A DNA stretch of 64,000 bases. Origin: Myxococcota bacterium (GTDB taxonomy: Bacteria; Myxococcota_A; UBA796; CAJQPC01). The notes under the pieces were generated by a model. That model was not told where the DNA came from. It saw only the letters and a program-made list of their open reading frames with translations, and made no database searches. The stretch covers positions 32,001-96,000 of the forward strand of contig DASCPX010000193.1 in the NCBI GenBank assembly GCA_036012755.1, given 5' to 3'. Of the stretch, positions 26,966-36,574 are shown one piece after another. A program made the position numbers and the translations under genes. Every line of letters begins with the position of its first letter. Position 1 is the stretch's first letter.

Positions 26966-27606
26966 GAGTCTTCTTCCTCGGTGATGACGACCTCGACTCG
27001 GCGGTTTATCTCGCGCCCTTCGGCGGTCGCGTTGTCGACGATGGGGCGCCACTCGCCACGACCTGCGGCGGTGAAGCGATGGGGAGAGACCCCCCAGTCG
27101 GAGACGAAGGAGCGCACGACCGCGGCGGCTCGAGCAGCGGAGAGCTCCAGGTTCGACGGGTACTGACGCTTGAGCCGCCCGCTGATGGGGGTGTCGTCCG
27201 TGTGGCCGATGACCAGCACGTGGGTCTCCAGGTGCAGGTTGAGCGCGGTGCTCAAGAGGTCCATCACCATCTCGGACTCCGACCGCAGCCGGGTCGAGCC
27301 CGGGGCGAACATCGTCGCTCCCGGGAGGGTGACGATGGTCTGGTGCAGCCCCCGCTCGATGCCGACCTCCTGACCCGCGAAGACCTGGCGCAGCTCGGTG
27401 TAGATGACCGGAGGGGGAAGGGTCCCGCTGTCGCAGGTCTTCAGCTGCTCGCTCAGGCGGGCGTTCTCCTGCTTGAGCGCGATGACCTCGCGGTCGAGCT
27501 TCTGGACCAGGTCGGTCTCGCCCCGAACGTGGCGCGGGACGCAGCCCGCCACGAGAGCGAGGCTCGCTCCCGCCAGGAATGCTCGTCGATCGGTGTCGGC
27601 GCCCAT
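26962..27606 (-). CDS. OmpA/MotB family peptidoglycan-binding lipoprotein with coiled coil
   Basis: RRAFL Tat-like motif, VAGC lipobox; F.PGS, GHTDD, NLELSAARA..V, GRGE..P...N..AEGR..NRRVE. Confidence 0.9.
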   Translation of the reverse strand: MGADTDRRAFLAGASLALVAGCVPRHVRGETDLVQKLDREVIALKQENARLSEQLKTCDSGTLPPPVIYTELRQVFAGQEVGIERGLHQTIVTLPGATMFAPGSTRLRSESEMVMDLLSTALNLHLETHVLVIGHTDDTPISGRLKRQYPSNLELSAARAAAVVRSFVSDWGVSPHRFTAAGRGEWRPIVDNATAEGREINRRVEVVITEEEDS

Positions 27607-27621
27607 CTGGCCAGAGAATAG

Positions 27622-28029
27622 CTACGAAGTCAGGGCCCTGGCGCGGATAGCGCGCAGGATGTCGAAACGCGTGATGGCTCCCACGAGGTCCCGGTCCCCC
27701 GAGACCACCGGCAAGCGGCGGAAGTCATGGTGCAGAAAGAGGCCCGCGGCGTAGTAGACGTTCATCTGCGGAGTGACCGTGACCGGGTCCCTGGTCATGA
27801 AGTCCGCGACCGTTCCCGCGGCGCGCGGTCCGCCGACTCCGCCGATGGTCAACAAGCGCAGCATGTCCTTCTCCGTGACGATGCCGATGACACGTCCGAC
27901 CTCGTCGAGGACAGGAGCCCCGGTGACCTTCGAGTCCAGCGGGAACGCCACCGCCTCGTAGATGTCGACGTCCGCGGTCAGGCTCGGGACCACCGTGTCC
28001 ATGAACTCGCGAACGGTCGGCTGGCGCAT
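27622..28029 (-). CDS. CBS-domain pair protein
   Basis: VREFM, GAPVLDE.GRVIGIVTEKD, VADFMTRDP, RRLPVV..LVGAITRFDIL. Confidence 0.9.
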   Translation of the reverse strand: MRQPTVREFMDTVVPSLTADVDIYEAVAFPLDSKVTGAPVLDEVGRVIGIVTEKDMLRLLTIGGVGGPRAAGTVADFMTRDPVTVTPQMNVYYAAGLFLHHDFRRLPVVSGDRDLVGAITRFDILRAIRARALTS

Positions 28030-28057
28030 TCGCCACCTCCTACACCGAGAATCGTCC

Positions 28058-28951
28058 TCAGCTGAGGGGGAGCGCGAGGCTGTCTATGACCCAGTCCTGG
28101 GGACCGAATGTCTTGGAGTTCTGGCGCGCCTGGCCAGAGGCGCGGAAGCGCAGGAAGCGATCAGCCCAGCGGCGCAGCGACAGCGGGAAGCGCCACTCCC
28201 ACCGGTCTTTGCGGCGCACCCGCGCCATCATCATCCAGTGGAGCGTGATCGGGTGGTGCTCGACCGGGTCGCCGAGACATGGCATGCCCTCGAGATCCGC
28301 TGGGACCTTCGAGAAGGCGATTCGGCCGTCGGAGTCGACGCCGATCCAGTCGTTCTCAGGAGGGTGGCCGAGGGCATCCGCCCAGTCGAGCAGGCCCTGG
28401 AGATCCTCGTCGGCACCCTGGCGACGTGCCATCTTCGCGAAGGCGCGGCCGCATGCCTCTGCGTCGTTGGTGGCGCGATGGGCGCCTTCGAGTCGCACAT
28501 CGAGCCGGCTGCAGAGGTCCTGGAGCTTGTGGGACCGGGCGTCGGGGAACACCCGCTTGGACAACAACAACGTGTCGATCTCGGCGAAGGGATCGGGCCA
28601 CACGCGCCCGGCCCGCTCGAACTCCATGGACAAGAAAGCGCGGTCGAAGGCGTAGTTGTGGGCGACACAGACACCGCCCTGCATGACGCGAGCGATCTCG
28701 TCGATCTTCCCGGCGAACAGCGGCGCGTTGGCGACGTCAGCGTCCGTGATTCCCGTGACCTGGGTCGCCTTGGGCGGGATCGGTCGCTCCGGGTTGAAGA
28801 GCGCGTGGTGACGCTGGACGCCGACGACCCGCCCCTCGCGGCCGATGGTCAACTCGACGGCGGCCCACTCCATGATGCGGTCGTCGTCGAAGGGTCTCAG
28901 TCCCGTCGTCTCGGTGTCGTAAGCGACGATGCGCAGCTCCTTCCACTTCAC
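28058..28951 (-). CDS. DnaQ-like DEDDh 3'-5' exonuclease with C-terminal extension
   Basis: YDTETTGL, VAHNYAFD, IDTL, AHRATNDA; GTGA overlap with upstream stop. Confidence 0.9.
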   Translation of the reverse strand: MKWKELRIVAYDTETTGLRPFDDDRIMEWAAVELTIGREGRVVGVQRHHALFNPERPIPPKATQVTGITDADVANAPLFAGKIDEIARVMQGGVCVAHNYAFDRAFLSMEFERAGRVWPDPFAEIDTLLLSKRVFPDARSHKLQDLCSRLDVRLEGAHRATNDAEACGRAFAKMARRQGADEDLQGLLDWADALGHPPENDWIGVDSDGRIAFSKVPADLEGMPCLGDPVEHHPITLHWMMMARVRRKDRWEWRFPLSLRRWADRFLRFRASGQARQNSKTFGPQDWVIDSLALPLS

Positions 28952-29502
28952 AGCAAGGTCTCCACGGCGGCACGCGCCGCGTCCTGCGCAGCGTTGCGGT
29001 GGACGAGCCACTCTGCGTGGGCGTCGGGGCCGACGACATTGGAGATGCCGAGCACGGCCAGGAAGGGAACATCGCGCTGGGCGCAGGCACAGGCGGCGCC
29101 GAAGGCCTCCATGTGCTCCACCTGCCAGCCGTCCGAGAGCCGACCGGCGAGGACGGTGTCGGTCGTCACGGCGCCGACGGTCAGCACGTCGGCGCGAGGA
29201 AGGTCGACGCGCTCGAGGAACTCCGGGTGGCACTCCACCGGGGCGGGGCGGCGCGGTACGTAGCCGAGCCCCATCGCGGCGACCCCGTGAGAGAGCCCAC
29301 AGCGACGGGCCGCCACGGCCTGGCCGATCTCGAGCCCACTTCCGGGGTAGGCACCCGCCGTGCCTATCAGGACCACCGCGTCCGGCCTGCGCTCGACGAG
29401 CAGCGTCGCCATGCGGGCGGCGACGACCACCGGACCGACGCCAAGGGCCGCTCCGTCGAGGTAGCCGAGCTCTTCGCGGACGGCAGAGACAAGGAGGATC
29501 AC
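28948..29502 (-). CDS. Nucleoside phosphorylase/hydrolase family (MTA/SAH nucleosidase or futalosine hydrolase MqnB-like)
   Basis: SAVREE, GVGPV, IGTAGAY, VEHMEAF, GISNVVG. Confidence 0.75.
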   Translation of the reverse strand: MILLVSAVREELGYLDGAALGVGPVVVAARMATLLVERRPDAVVLIGTAGAYPGSGLEIGQAVAARRCGLSHGVAAMGLGYVPRRPAPVECHPEFLERVDLPRADVLTVGAVTTDTVLAGRLSDGWQVEHMEAFGAACACAQRDVPFLAVLGISNVVGPDAHAEWLVHRNAAQDAARAAVETLL

Positions 29503-30176
29503 GTCGCGGCAGCTATCACACTGGTGGTCCGGTCGCGGGCCTCTTCGAGCTGCGCGCGGAAATCACCGAGGCTCCAGAGCTTCGCTCCCGAGCGAGGTGT
29601 GCGGACCACCCAGCTGTCTCCGAAGTCGGGCTCCACGTCGGAGCCGCTGGTGGCCTCGACGAGGTGGACGAGGCTCTTGTGGGCCCCCCGGTGGGTCTGC
29701 CAGGCCTCGAAGGCCGTGCGCGAGACGAAGGCCCCGTCCGCGCAAGGCACGCCGTCGAGGCTGACCGGCGCGAAGAGCCTCGGGATCGCCATCGACGCCG
29801 CCACCGCCCGGGGCAGCGGCCCCGAGGTGACCAGTCGGTGCTCCCCCGCCGCGGTCATCACACCCACGCCGAAGGGACGGGGCAGATCCTCGAAGCGGGC
29901 AGGCAACAGCTCGCTGATGTGCTCGATCACCGAGTCCATCGTGAAGAGCCCGCGCCACAGCGCGAGGTGGGGCGAACACAACGACAGCGGCCGGCGAGAG
30001 GACAGCTCCCGCGCGAGCTCCGCGGCGCTCAGCCCCGCCGTCCACAGGCTGCCGGCGAGCGCCCCGGAGCTGGTTCCGACGACACCGTCGACCTCGATGC
30101 CCGCCTCCTCGACGGCGAGGAGGAAGCCACACTGACGGGCAAAGGCGAGGAAGCCACTGGAGAGGACCAGGTCCAC
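29499..30176 (-). CDS. Patatin-like phospholipase
   Basis: LVLSSGFLAFA, GTSSG (GxSxG), ASMAIP.LF.PV, DGA; start GTG 30176 inferred. Confidence 0.85.
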   Translation of the reverse strand: MDLVLSSGFLAFARQCGFLLAVEEAGIEVDGVVGTSSGALAGSLWTAGLSAAELARELSSRRPLSLCSPHLALWRGLFTMDSVIEHISELLPARFEDLPRPFGVGVMTAAGEHRLVTSGPLPRAVAASMAIPRLFAPVSLDGVPCADGAFVSRTAFEAWQTHRGAHKSLVHLVEATSGSDVEPDFGDSWVVRTPRSGAKLWSLGDFRAQLEEARDRTTSVIAAAT

Positions 30177-30191
30177 GGTGTAGAGAGCCTC

Positions 30192-32171
30192 GTGCTGACG
30201 CTCCTTGCCGCGTGCGCTTCCGATCCGCCACCCGTGGCGTTGACCGAGGTGCCCATCGAGCACGCCCCGATCGTGCTCGTCACCCTGGACACGACCCGCG
30301 CGGACCGGATCGGCGCCTATGGCCATGTGGCGGCTCGGACCCCGAACCTCGACGCGCTGGCCGCCAGGGGGACGCGCTTCTCCTCGGCCTGGGCGCCCGT
30401 ACCGCTGACGATCCCCAGCCACTCGACGATCCTCACGGGCCTGCTCCCTCCACGCCACGGCGTCCGGGACAACGGCGACCACCGGCTCAGCGAGGACGCC
30501 ACGACCCTCGCCGAGCACTTCGCCGCCGACGGCAGGCGCACCGCCGCGAGCGTGGGCGCCTTCGTGACCCAGTCACACTGGGGCTTCGGCCAGGGCTTCG
30601 ATGTCTACGACGAGTCCCTCCACGTGGCCTCCGAGTCCCTGAGCTGGCACGTCGAGCGCCCAGCCAACGAGGTCGTGGCCGCGGCCGACACCAGCGCCGA
30701 CTTCCTCTGGGTGCACCTCTTCGACGCCCACGCCCCCTACCTCCCCGATCCGGCCTTCGAGGACCCCTACGACGCCGAGATCCACCGCCTCGATGTCGCC
30801 CTCGGTGTCCTGTTGTCGACCCTGCCGGCGGACGCCACCGTCGTGGTGGTCGGTGACCACGGAGAGGGCTTCGGCGAAGGCGGAGAGGACGCCCACGGCC
30901 TGCTGTTGGAGGACGGGGTCCTGCGCGTCCCCCTCATCGTCGCGGGGCCGGGCGTGCCCGTCGGCGTCGTCGAGCGACCGGTCTCCCTCGCCGACATCAG
31001 CCCGACGATCCTCCGCCTCGCCGGGCTGCCGGCGCCTGGCGACCTCGATGGCCGCGATCTCTTCGACGAGAGCGAGCGGATCGGCGTCTACAGCGAGACC
31101 CGCTATGGCCACCACCACTTCGGCTGGACCCCGCTGGAGCGCTTGACGGCAGACAGCTCGAAGCTGGTGCGCGGCGCCCGCCTGGAGGGTGACGAGACCC
31201 TGCTGGCAGAGCTCGACCGCCTCTCGTCGCTGCCGCCGGCCTTTGCCGCGGCCGAGGCGACCCTGGACCCGAGCACCGTCGAGCAGCTCCAAGCCCTGGG
31301 CTACCTCTCGGAGGGCGGCTCCGGCGCTCACTCGGGCATCGATCCGCGCGACGGCATCGAGCAGATCGCCAAGCTCGCCGCGCTCCGGGAGCTCCCCCCT
31401 GCAGAAGCCCTCGAGGCGATGGCGGTCCTGCTTGCGGAGAACCCCGGCTGGCGTGACCTGCGCATGCGCCGCGGCTTGTCGCTCGCCCGACTGGGCAGGA
31501 CCGACGAGGCCCTGGCCGAGCTCACAGACGCCTACCGGGACGGCCCGGGCAGCACGACCGCCGTCACCATCGGGGAGCTCTGGCTGCGGCAGGGGGACCC
31601 CGCCGAGGCCCTCGGCTGGTTCCTCGAGGCCCTCACCATCGATCCTCGCTCGGCGACCGCTCGAGCGGGCCAGGCACAGTGCCTGGCCATGTCGGGACAG
31701 CTCGACGCGGCTCAGGCCGTGATCGACGAGGGCCTCGCCGAGACCCCGGACCACGCCGACCTGCTGCTCGCCGGAGCTGTCCTCGCTCTCGCCACGCACC
31801 AAGGCGAAGAGGACTGGATCGAGGCGGTCGAGGACATCGTCGCCCGCCGGCCGACCCAGGCCCGGCTGAACCACGTGCTGGGCTCGCTACACCTCCGCGC
31901 GGGTCACCCCGAGGAGGCCGAGCAGGCATTCGAGCAGGAGCTGCGGATGCAGCCTGGGAACGTCGCCGCTCGCCTCGACCTCGTGCGCCTCTACCAGGAA
32001 CAGGGCCGGCTCGTCGACGTGGTGAAGGCCCTGCGACCGCTCGTCGCGCTGCAGCCAGAGGAGCCCGTGTGGCAGGCCATGACCGCCAGCGCCTACCTGG
32101 AAATGGGTCGAGCCGGCCTCGCCAAGGAGCACCTCCTGGCCTGCGCAGGCCATCCGGCCTGCCCCGAGTAG
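30192..32171 (+). CDS. Sulfatase-like hydrolase lipoprotein with C-terminal TPR repeats
   Basis: MLTLLAAC; VTLDTTRAD, TPNLD.LA, LTIPSHSTILTG, WVHLFDAHAPY, GDHGE, EQLQALGY; TPRs in last third. Confidence 0.9.
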   Translation: MLTLLAACASDPPPVALTEVPIEHAPIVLVTLDTTRADRIGAYGHVAARTPNLDALAARGTRFSSAWAPVPLTIPSHSTILTGLLPPRHGVRDNGDHRLSEDATTLAEHFAADGRRTAASVGAFVTQSHWGFGQGFDVYDESLHVASESLSWHVERPANEVVAAADTSADFLWVHLFDAHAPYLPDPAFEDPYDAEIHRLDVALGVLLSTLPADATVVVVGDHGEGFGEGGEDAHGLLLEDGVLRVPLIVAGPGVPVGVVERPVSLADISPTILRLAGLPAPGDLDGRDLFDESERIGVYSETRYGHHHFGWTPLERLTADSSKLVRGARLEGDETLLAELDRLSSLPPAFAAAEATLDPSTVEQLQALGYLSEGGSGAHSGIDPRDGIEQIAKLAALRELPPAEALEAMAVLLAENPGWRDLRMRRGLSLARLGRTDEALAELTDAYRDGPGSTTAVTIGELWLRQGDPAEALGWFLEALTIDPRSATARAGQAQCLAMSGQLDAAQAVIDEGLAETPDHADLLLAGAVLALATHQGEEDWIEAVEDIVARRPTQARLNHVLGSLHLRAGHPEEAEQAFEQELRMQPGNVAARLDLVRLYQEQGRLVDVVKALRPLVALQPEEPVWQAMTASAYLEMGRAGLAKEHLLACAGHPACPE

Positions 32172-32181
32172 GATCCCGACG

Positions 32182-33369
32182 ATGGCGGACCCGAGACCCT
32201 GCCCCGGCTGCAAGCGACCGAACGCACCGCATCGGCGGACCTGCCTGTACTGCGGGCACGTGATGCCCAACCCGACCGCGCCGCCGTCTGCGAAGCGGCG
32301 GGACGTCCCGAAGAACCTCGACGCGATCTTTCGGCGAGCGATGAATCGGGGCAGCACCTCCGAGCTGAAGCAGGTCCTGGAGGACATCGAGGAGGTCGAA
32401 GTCGCCGCCCCGAGCCCCGACGACGCGCCGACGGACCCGCCTGGCGCGCTGGTGCAGAAGGAGGCGACGCCGGAGCACGAGACGACCCCAGAGGAGCTCG
32501 TCGACAGCGCCCGTTTTGAGCTCGGCGACTGGGAGGAGGACCCCGGCGGCGCCCTCCAGCGTGTCAACGCCGCCCGCACGGCGCTCCAGCGCCTCGCGAA
32601 GATCCTGGAGGCCACGCCAAGGCCTCCAGAGGTGCTCCTGCCCCCCTTCCGCCAGGCCTTCGCGCTCCTGGTCGAGACCTCCGGCGAACAGGGCGAACAG
32701 GGAGCCGTGGCGGACGCCCTGGAGCTGGATCTCCCGACCGCGCGCATGGTGGCGCTCTCCAAGCACCCGCGGGTCGCCAGGAGAGGAAACTGCCGCGCCG
32801 AGCTGGAGCGCTTCGCCGAGCGCTGGAGAGCCGGACTCGCCCGCGCCGCGCTGGTCTTCGACGAGGAGACCCTGAGGGCCCAACCGATGGCTCGCACGGC
32901 GCTGGAGCTACCGGCGGAGGGTCCCTGGACGGCCTCTGGGGGAGCCCTGTGGCTGGACCCGGAGGGCCCCAAGCGCCCCCGTGACATCGAACCCTTCGAG
33001 GTGCGCCTGCTCGTCAGCGGCGAGGTCGTGATCAAGCGCTTCCGGATCAAGCGAGACAAGCGCGGGAACAAGGAGCTCTCGCCGAGCTCGGAGAGGCGCC
33101 TCACGGTCCTCGATCTGCACGGCGACGCCTGCGTCCTCCGGGTGGTCGAGGGGCTCACCAGGCTCACCGGCTGGGGGCTCGAGGGCCTCTCCCATCGCCA
33201 GGAGCTCAAGAGCCTCACCGAGCGGCTCGGCGACGCCGCGGAGGTGCTCGTCGCCAAGCGCATCTGCCAGCCGACCCGGAAGCCCGAAGAGGCCGAGGGC
33301 TGGGCCGAGGCTGCGGGCTGGCCCGCGTGGGAGGAACACAGCCGCGCCTGCCGACTCCTCTTCGGTTAG
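32182..33369 (+). CDS. Hypothetical protein with N-terminal zinc ribbon
   Basis: CPGC..N....TCLYCG; ORF fills the gap between same-strand neighbours. Confidence 0.7.
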   Translation: MADPRPCPGCKRPNAPHRRTCLYCGHVMPNPTAPPSAKRRDVPKNLDAIFRRAMNRGSTSELKQVLEDIEEVEVAAPSPDDAPTDPPGALVQKEATPEHETTPEELVDSARFELGDWEEDPGGALQRVNAARTALQRLAKILEATPRPPEVLLPPFRQAFALLVETSGEQGEQGAVADALELDLPTARMVALSKHPRVARRGNCRAELERFAERWRAGLARAALVFDEETLRAQPMARTALELPAEGPWTASGGALWLDPEGPKRPRDIEPFEVRLLVSGEVVIKRFRIKRDKRGNKELSPSSERRLTVLDLHGDACVLRVVEGLTRLTGWGLEGLSHRQELKSLTERLGDAAEVLVAKRICQPTRKPEEAEGWAEAAGWPAWEEHSRACRLLFG

Positions 33370-33378
33370 ACCCCCGGC

Positions 33379-34290
33379 ATGCTGCTGCTCCTCTTCGCCT
33401 GCCCCTCTCCCAAGCCTGACGACTCCCAGGACTCAGCCGTCGAGGCCGACGCGGACACCGACGCCGACACGGACACCGACACGGACTCGGACGCCGACGC
33501 GGACTCGGACGCCGACACGGACTCGGACACCGACACGGACACCGGGCCCTTCCACGAGACCGACTGCTTCGACGAGGTCGACAACGACGCCGACGGTCTG
33601 CTCGACTGCGAGGACGACGACTGTGTCGATGTCTGCATCGAAGACTGCGACAACGAGATCGACGACGACGGAGACGGAGACATCGACTGCGACGACGACG
33701 AGTGCGTCGGTGACGAGGCCTGCGACTACCGCGCCTTCGACGTCACGCTGCGCTACGACCTCGAGCGCGTGGTCGCGGTCTGGGGCCCGCTGGTGCCCTA
33801 CTACTACGACGAGTACACGATCGGCCTCGGCTACGGGACCTTCAAGATCCAGGGCACGTCACCAGACCCGGACACGGCGGACACCGCGGACGAGAGCTAC
33901 AGCTTCTCCTGTCGTGGGACCCTACGAGTCATATCGGATGGCATCGGCTACGACTCCGGGTACTACAGCGGGTATGCCGGGCTGTCGGAGGACACGGGCT
34001 ACTGCGCCGGCTGCGACGCGATGCTGAACCTCGATCCCGCGCTGGGCATGACGAACTTCATCGGCGACTGCCCGGTCAGCGTCCTGCCCACCAGCCAGTG
34101 GGCCTTCTTCCAAGGGGAGCGCTCCTTCTGGAACGACGTCAGCGGCAGCTGGCAGGAGCAGTACCGTAGCAAGCTGTCCGGCGTCATCTGGGACGGCGAC
34201 CCAGGCTACTACTACTACGGGGAATTCCAATACCCGCAGATGCTCACCGCCCAGACCTGGACCGGGGACTACCTCCCCTCCGATCTCTGA
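33379..34290 (+). CDS. Lipoprotein with Asp-X linker and Cys/Asp repeats
   Basis: MLLLLFAC; (DA/DT/DS)n; two E.DC.D..DND.DG..DC.D.DC units. Confidence 0.8.
   Translation: MLLLLFACPSPKPDDSQDSAVEADADTDADTDTDTDSDADADSDADTDSDTDTDTGPFHETDCFDEVDNDADGLLDCEDDDCVDVCIEDCDNEIDDDGDGDIDCDDDECVGDEACDYRAFDVTLRYDLERVVAVWGPLVPYYYDEYTIGLGYGTFKIQGTSPDPDTADTADESYSFSCRGTLRVISDGIGYDSGYYSGYAGLSEDTGYCAGCDAMLNLDPALGMTNFIGDCPVSVLPTSQWAFFQGERSFWNDVSGSWQEQYRSKLSGVIWDGDPGYYYYGEFQYPQMLTAQTWTGDYLPSDL
33445..33543 (+). repeat. Degenerate 6-bp coding repeat (Asp-Ala/Thr/Ser)
   Basis: GAC(G/A/T)C(C/G) hexamers. Confidence 0.85.
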
Positions 34291-34299
34291 GTCGATCGC

Positions 34300-36564
34300 G
34301 TGTTCCGCGCGCTCGCCCGCCTGGTCCTCGGTCACCGCGTCCTCTCGACGTTGGTGCTGGCCGCCGTCATCGCGGTCTTCGCCGTGGGCGCGGTCGGGCT
34401 GACCGTCGACTTCTCCGCGAAGGCCTTCTACGGCACGGACAGCCCCGAGCTGGACCTGATGGAGGAGCACCAGGGCCGCTTCGGGTCCCAGGAGAACACC
34501 CTGTTGGTCCTGGTGGACGGCGGCGGAGAGACCGTGCTCACCCGAGAGCGCATCGCGGCCCTCGCGGCTCTCGGCGAGGATCTCGGCCAGAGCCCCCTGA
34601 CCACAGAGGTGCGCTCGCTGGCCGACCTCACGCGGGTGTCGAGACCAGCCCCCGGCATCGTGCTCCCGGTCCCGATGATCAACGCCATCCCAAAGGACGA
34701 GGGCCGCGCCGAGGCCTGGCGGGCCGAGATCGCCAGCGACGTGAGCCTCACCCCGAGGCTGATCAGCGAAGACGGAGTCCACACGGCGATGCTCGTGGAG
34801 CTCTCTGTCGACGGCGACGACATCGACGGCGTGCGCAGCGCCGTCGTCGAGCTCGACGAGACCGTCGAGGCCCACGAAGGCAGGGCGGGCCTCAGCTTCC
34901 AGACAGCCGGCATCCCAGCGGTCCGGGGCGGCCTGATGGACGTCATCATCCGCGACCAGGTCTTCTTCGTCACCGTCAGCATGGTGCTGATCGCCATCAT
35001 CCTGATCCTGCTCTTCCGCAGCGCCCACGGCCTGACCATCCCGCTCGTCGCCGCCATCGTGCCGGCGATGATGCTCTTCGGCCTGATGGGCTGGACAGAC
35101 GAGCCGGTGGGGCTCATCAACAACGCCTTCGCCACGCTCCTGCCCGTCATCGCGGTCGCTGACGCGATCCACATGGTGACCCGCTTCCACGAGGAGAGGC
35201 GGAAGCTGGCCACCCCCGGCCAGGGGCTGACGAAGGCCCAGCGCAAGCAGGCGGTCATCAGGGCCATGGGCGCCATCGGCGCGGCCTGCCTCTTGACCTC
35301 GCTGACGACCGCGGTCGGCTTCCTGAGCCTGAACCTCGCGTCGATGCGAATCCTGAAGAACTTCGGCCTCTACGCCGCAGCAGGCATCGGCTTCGCCTAC
35401 TTCACGGTGCTGCTCATCGTGCCCCTGTGCCTGAGCCTGGTGAAGAGCCCGGTCCGCCAGGAGCACGGAGCCGGCCGCATCGATCTGGGGCTCTCCGCGT
35501 GCGCGCGCTTCGCCACCTCTCGACCGAAGCTGACCCTGGGGATCACCGCCGTGGTGGTCGCCGTCTTCACCGGCTTCGGAACGCAGGTCGAGGTCGACAA
35601 CTGGCTCACGGGCATCCTGCCTCCCGAGAACCCGGTGACCCTCGCCAACGGCGTGCTCGACGAGCAGCTCGCGGGCATCATCGCCGTCGAGTACGCCCTG
35701 GAAGGCGACCTCCGCAGCCCGGACGGCCTCGAAGCCCTCTCCGAGGTCGCCAAGGACGTGCGCACCCTGCCAGAGGTCCGCGCCGTAGAGAGCCCGGCCA
35801 GCGTGGTGATGGGCGCCAGCGTGCTCTTCGGAGGTCCGCCGGCGATCCCCGGTGACCAGGCCTTCGTCGAGCGCATCTTCAGAGAGGCAGACGAGGCCAC
35901 CCGCGAGGTCCTCGTCGGCGAGCACGGAAGGCTCATCGTGCGCACCCGGGATGTCGGGGCCAACGCCTTCGCCGTGCTCCAGGAGGAGATCAACGACAAG
36001 GTGATCGCGCCCTTGTCAGAGGCAGGCATCAAGGCCCGGATCACGGGCAGCGCGGTAGTCGCCTACGCCGGTGTCAACGCGGTCACGACCGACCTCCGCA
36101 ACAGCCTCGGCTTCGCCTTCGTCGTCATCGCCGTCGTGATCACCCTCTTGTTCCGCTCGCTGAGGACCGGCCTCATCTCGCTCGTCCCCAACGCCCTGCC
36201 GCTGGTCGTCGGCTACGGGACCCTGGGCCTGATGGGCTGGGACCTCGACCCCGGTCCAGCCATCGTCTTCACCGTGGCGCTCGGCATCGCGGTCGACGAC
36301 TCGATCCACTTCCTCGCTCGCTTCCGCGAGGAGCGGGGAGAGGGTCGAGCCTGGACCGAGAGCATCCACAGGTCGGTACGCCACGCTGGACGCGCGGTCT
36401 TCGTGACGACGGTGATCCTCTGCCTCGGCTTCGGCATCAACGTGTTCTCGAGCTTCCCGAGCAACCGCATCTTCGGAGCCGTGGGGGCCATCGTGATCTT
36501 CACCGCGCTGTTGTGCGACCTCTTCGTCCTGCCCGCCCTCCTGCAGATCACGCGCCCACGGTAG
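34300..36564 (+). CDS. MMPL/RND family transporter
   Basis: Two TM bundles; IAVADAIH, TSLTTAVGFLSL, ALGIAVDDSIHFL, LFVLPALL. Confidence 0.9.
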   Translation: MFRALARLVLGHRVLSTLVLAAVIAVFAVGAVGLTVDFSAKAFYGTDSPELDLMEEHQGRFGSQENTLLVLVDGGGETVLTRERIAALAALGEDLGQSPLTTEVRSLADLTRVSRPAPGIVLPVPMINAIPKDEGRAEAWRAEIASDVSLTPRLISEDGVHTAMLVELSVDGDDIDGVRSAVVELDETVEAHEGRAGLSFQTAGIPAVRGGLMDVIIRDQVFFVTVSMVLIAIILILLFRSAHGLTIPLVAAIVPAMMLFGLMGWTDEPVGLINNAFATLLPVIAVADAIHMVTRFHEERRKLATPGQGLTKAQRKQAVIRAMGAIGAACLLTSLTTAVGFLSLNLASMRILKNFGLYAAAGIGFAYFTVLLIVPLCLSLVKSPVRQEHGAGRIDLGLSACARFATSRPKLTLGITAVVVAVFTGFGTQVEVDNWLTGILPPENPVTLANGVLDEQLAGIIAVEYALEGDLRSPDGLEALSEVAKDVRTLPEVRAVESPASVVMGASVLFGGPPAIPGDQAFVERIFREADEATREVLVGEHGRLIVRTRDVGANAFAVLQEEINDKVIAPLSEAGIKARITGSAVVAYAGVNAVTTDLRNSLGFAFVVIAVVITLLFRSLRTGLISLVPNALPLVVGYGTLGLMGWDLDPGPAIVFTVALGIAVDDSIHFLARFREERGEGRAWTESIHRSVRHAGRAVFVTTVILCLGFGINVFSSFPSNRIFGAVGAIVIFTALLCDLFVLPALLQITRPR

Positions 36565-36574
36565 GATGCCCGCG

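Noticed and set aside
26962..27606. Flagellar motB call
   Set aside because: Has a lipobox rather than the MotB TM helix with conserved Asp, and no motA is adjacent.
28929..30191. Long N-terminal extensions in the ORF track (also from 1898, 9033, 11224, 16915, 17898, 29233, 30518, 56695, 57363, 63633)
   Set aside because: They overlap other clear genes or regulatory DNA and lack domain character; downstream starts fit motifs and stop/start overlaps.
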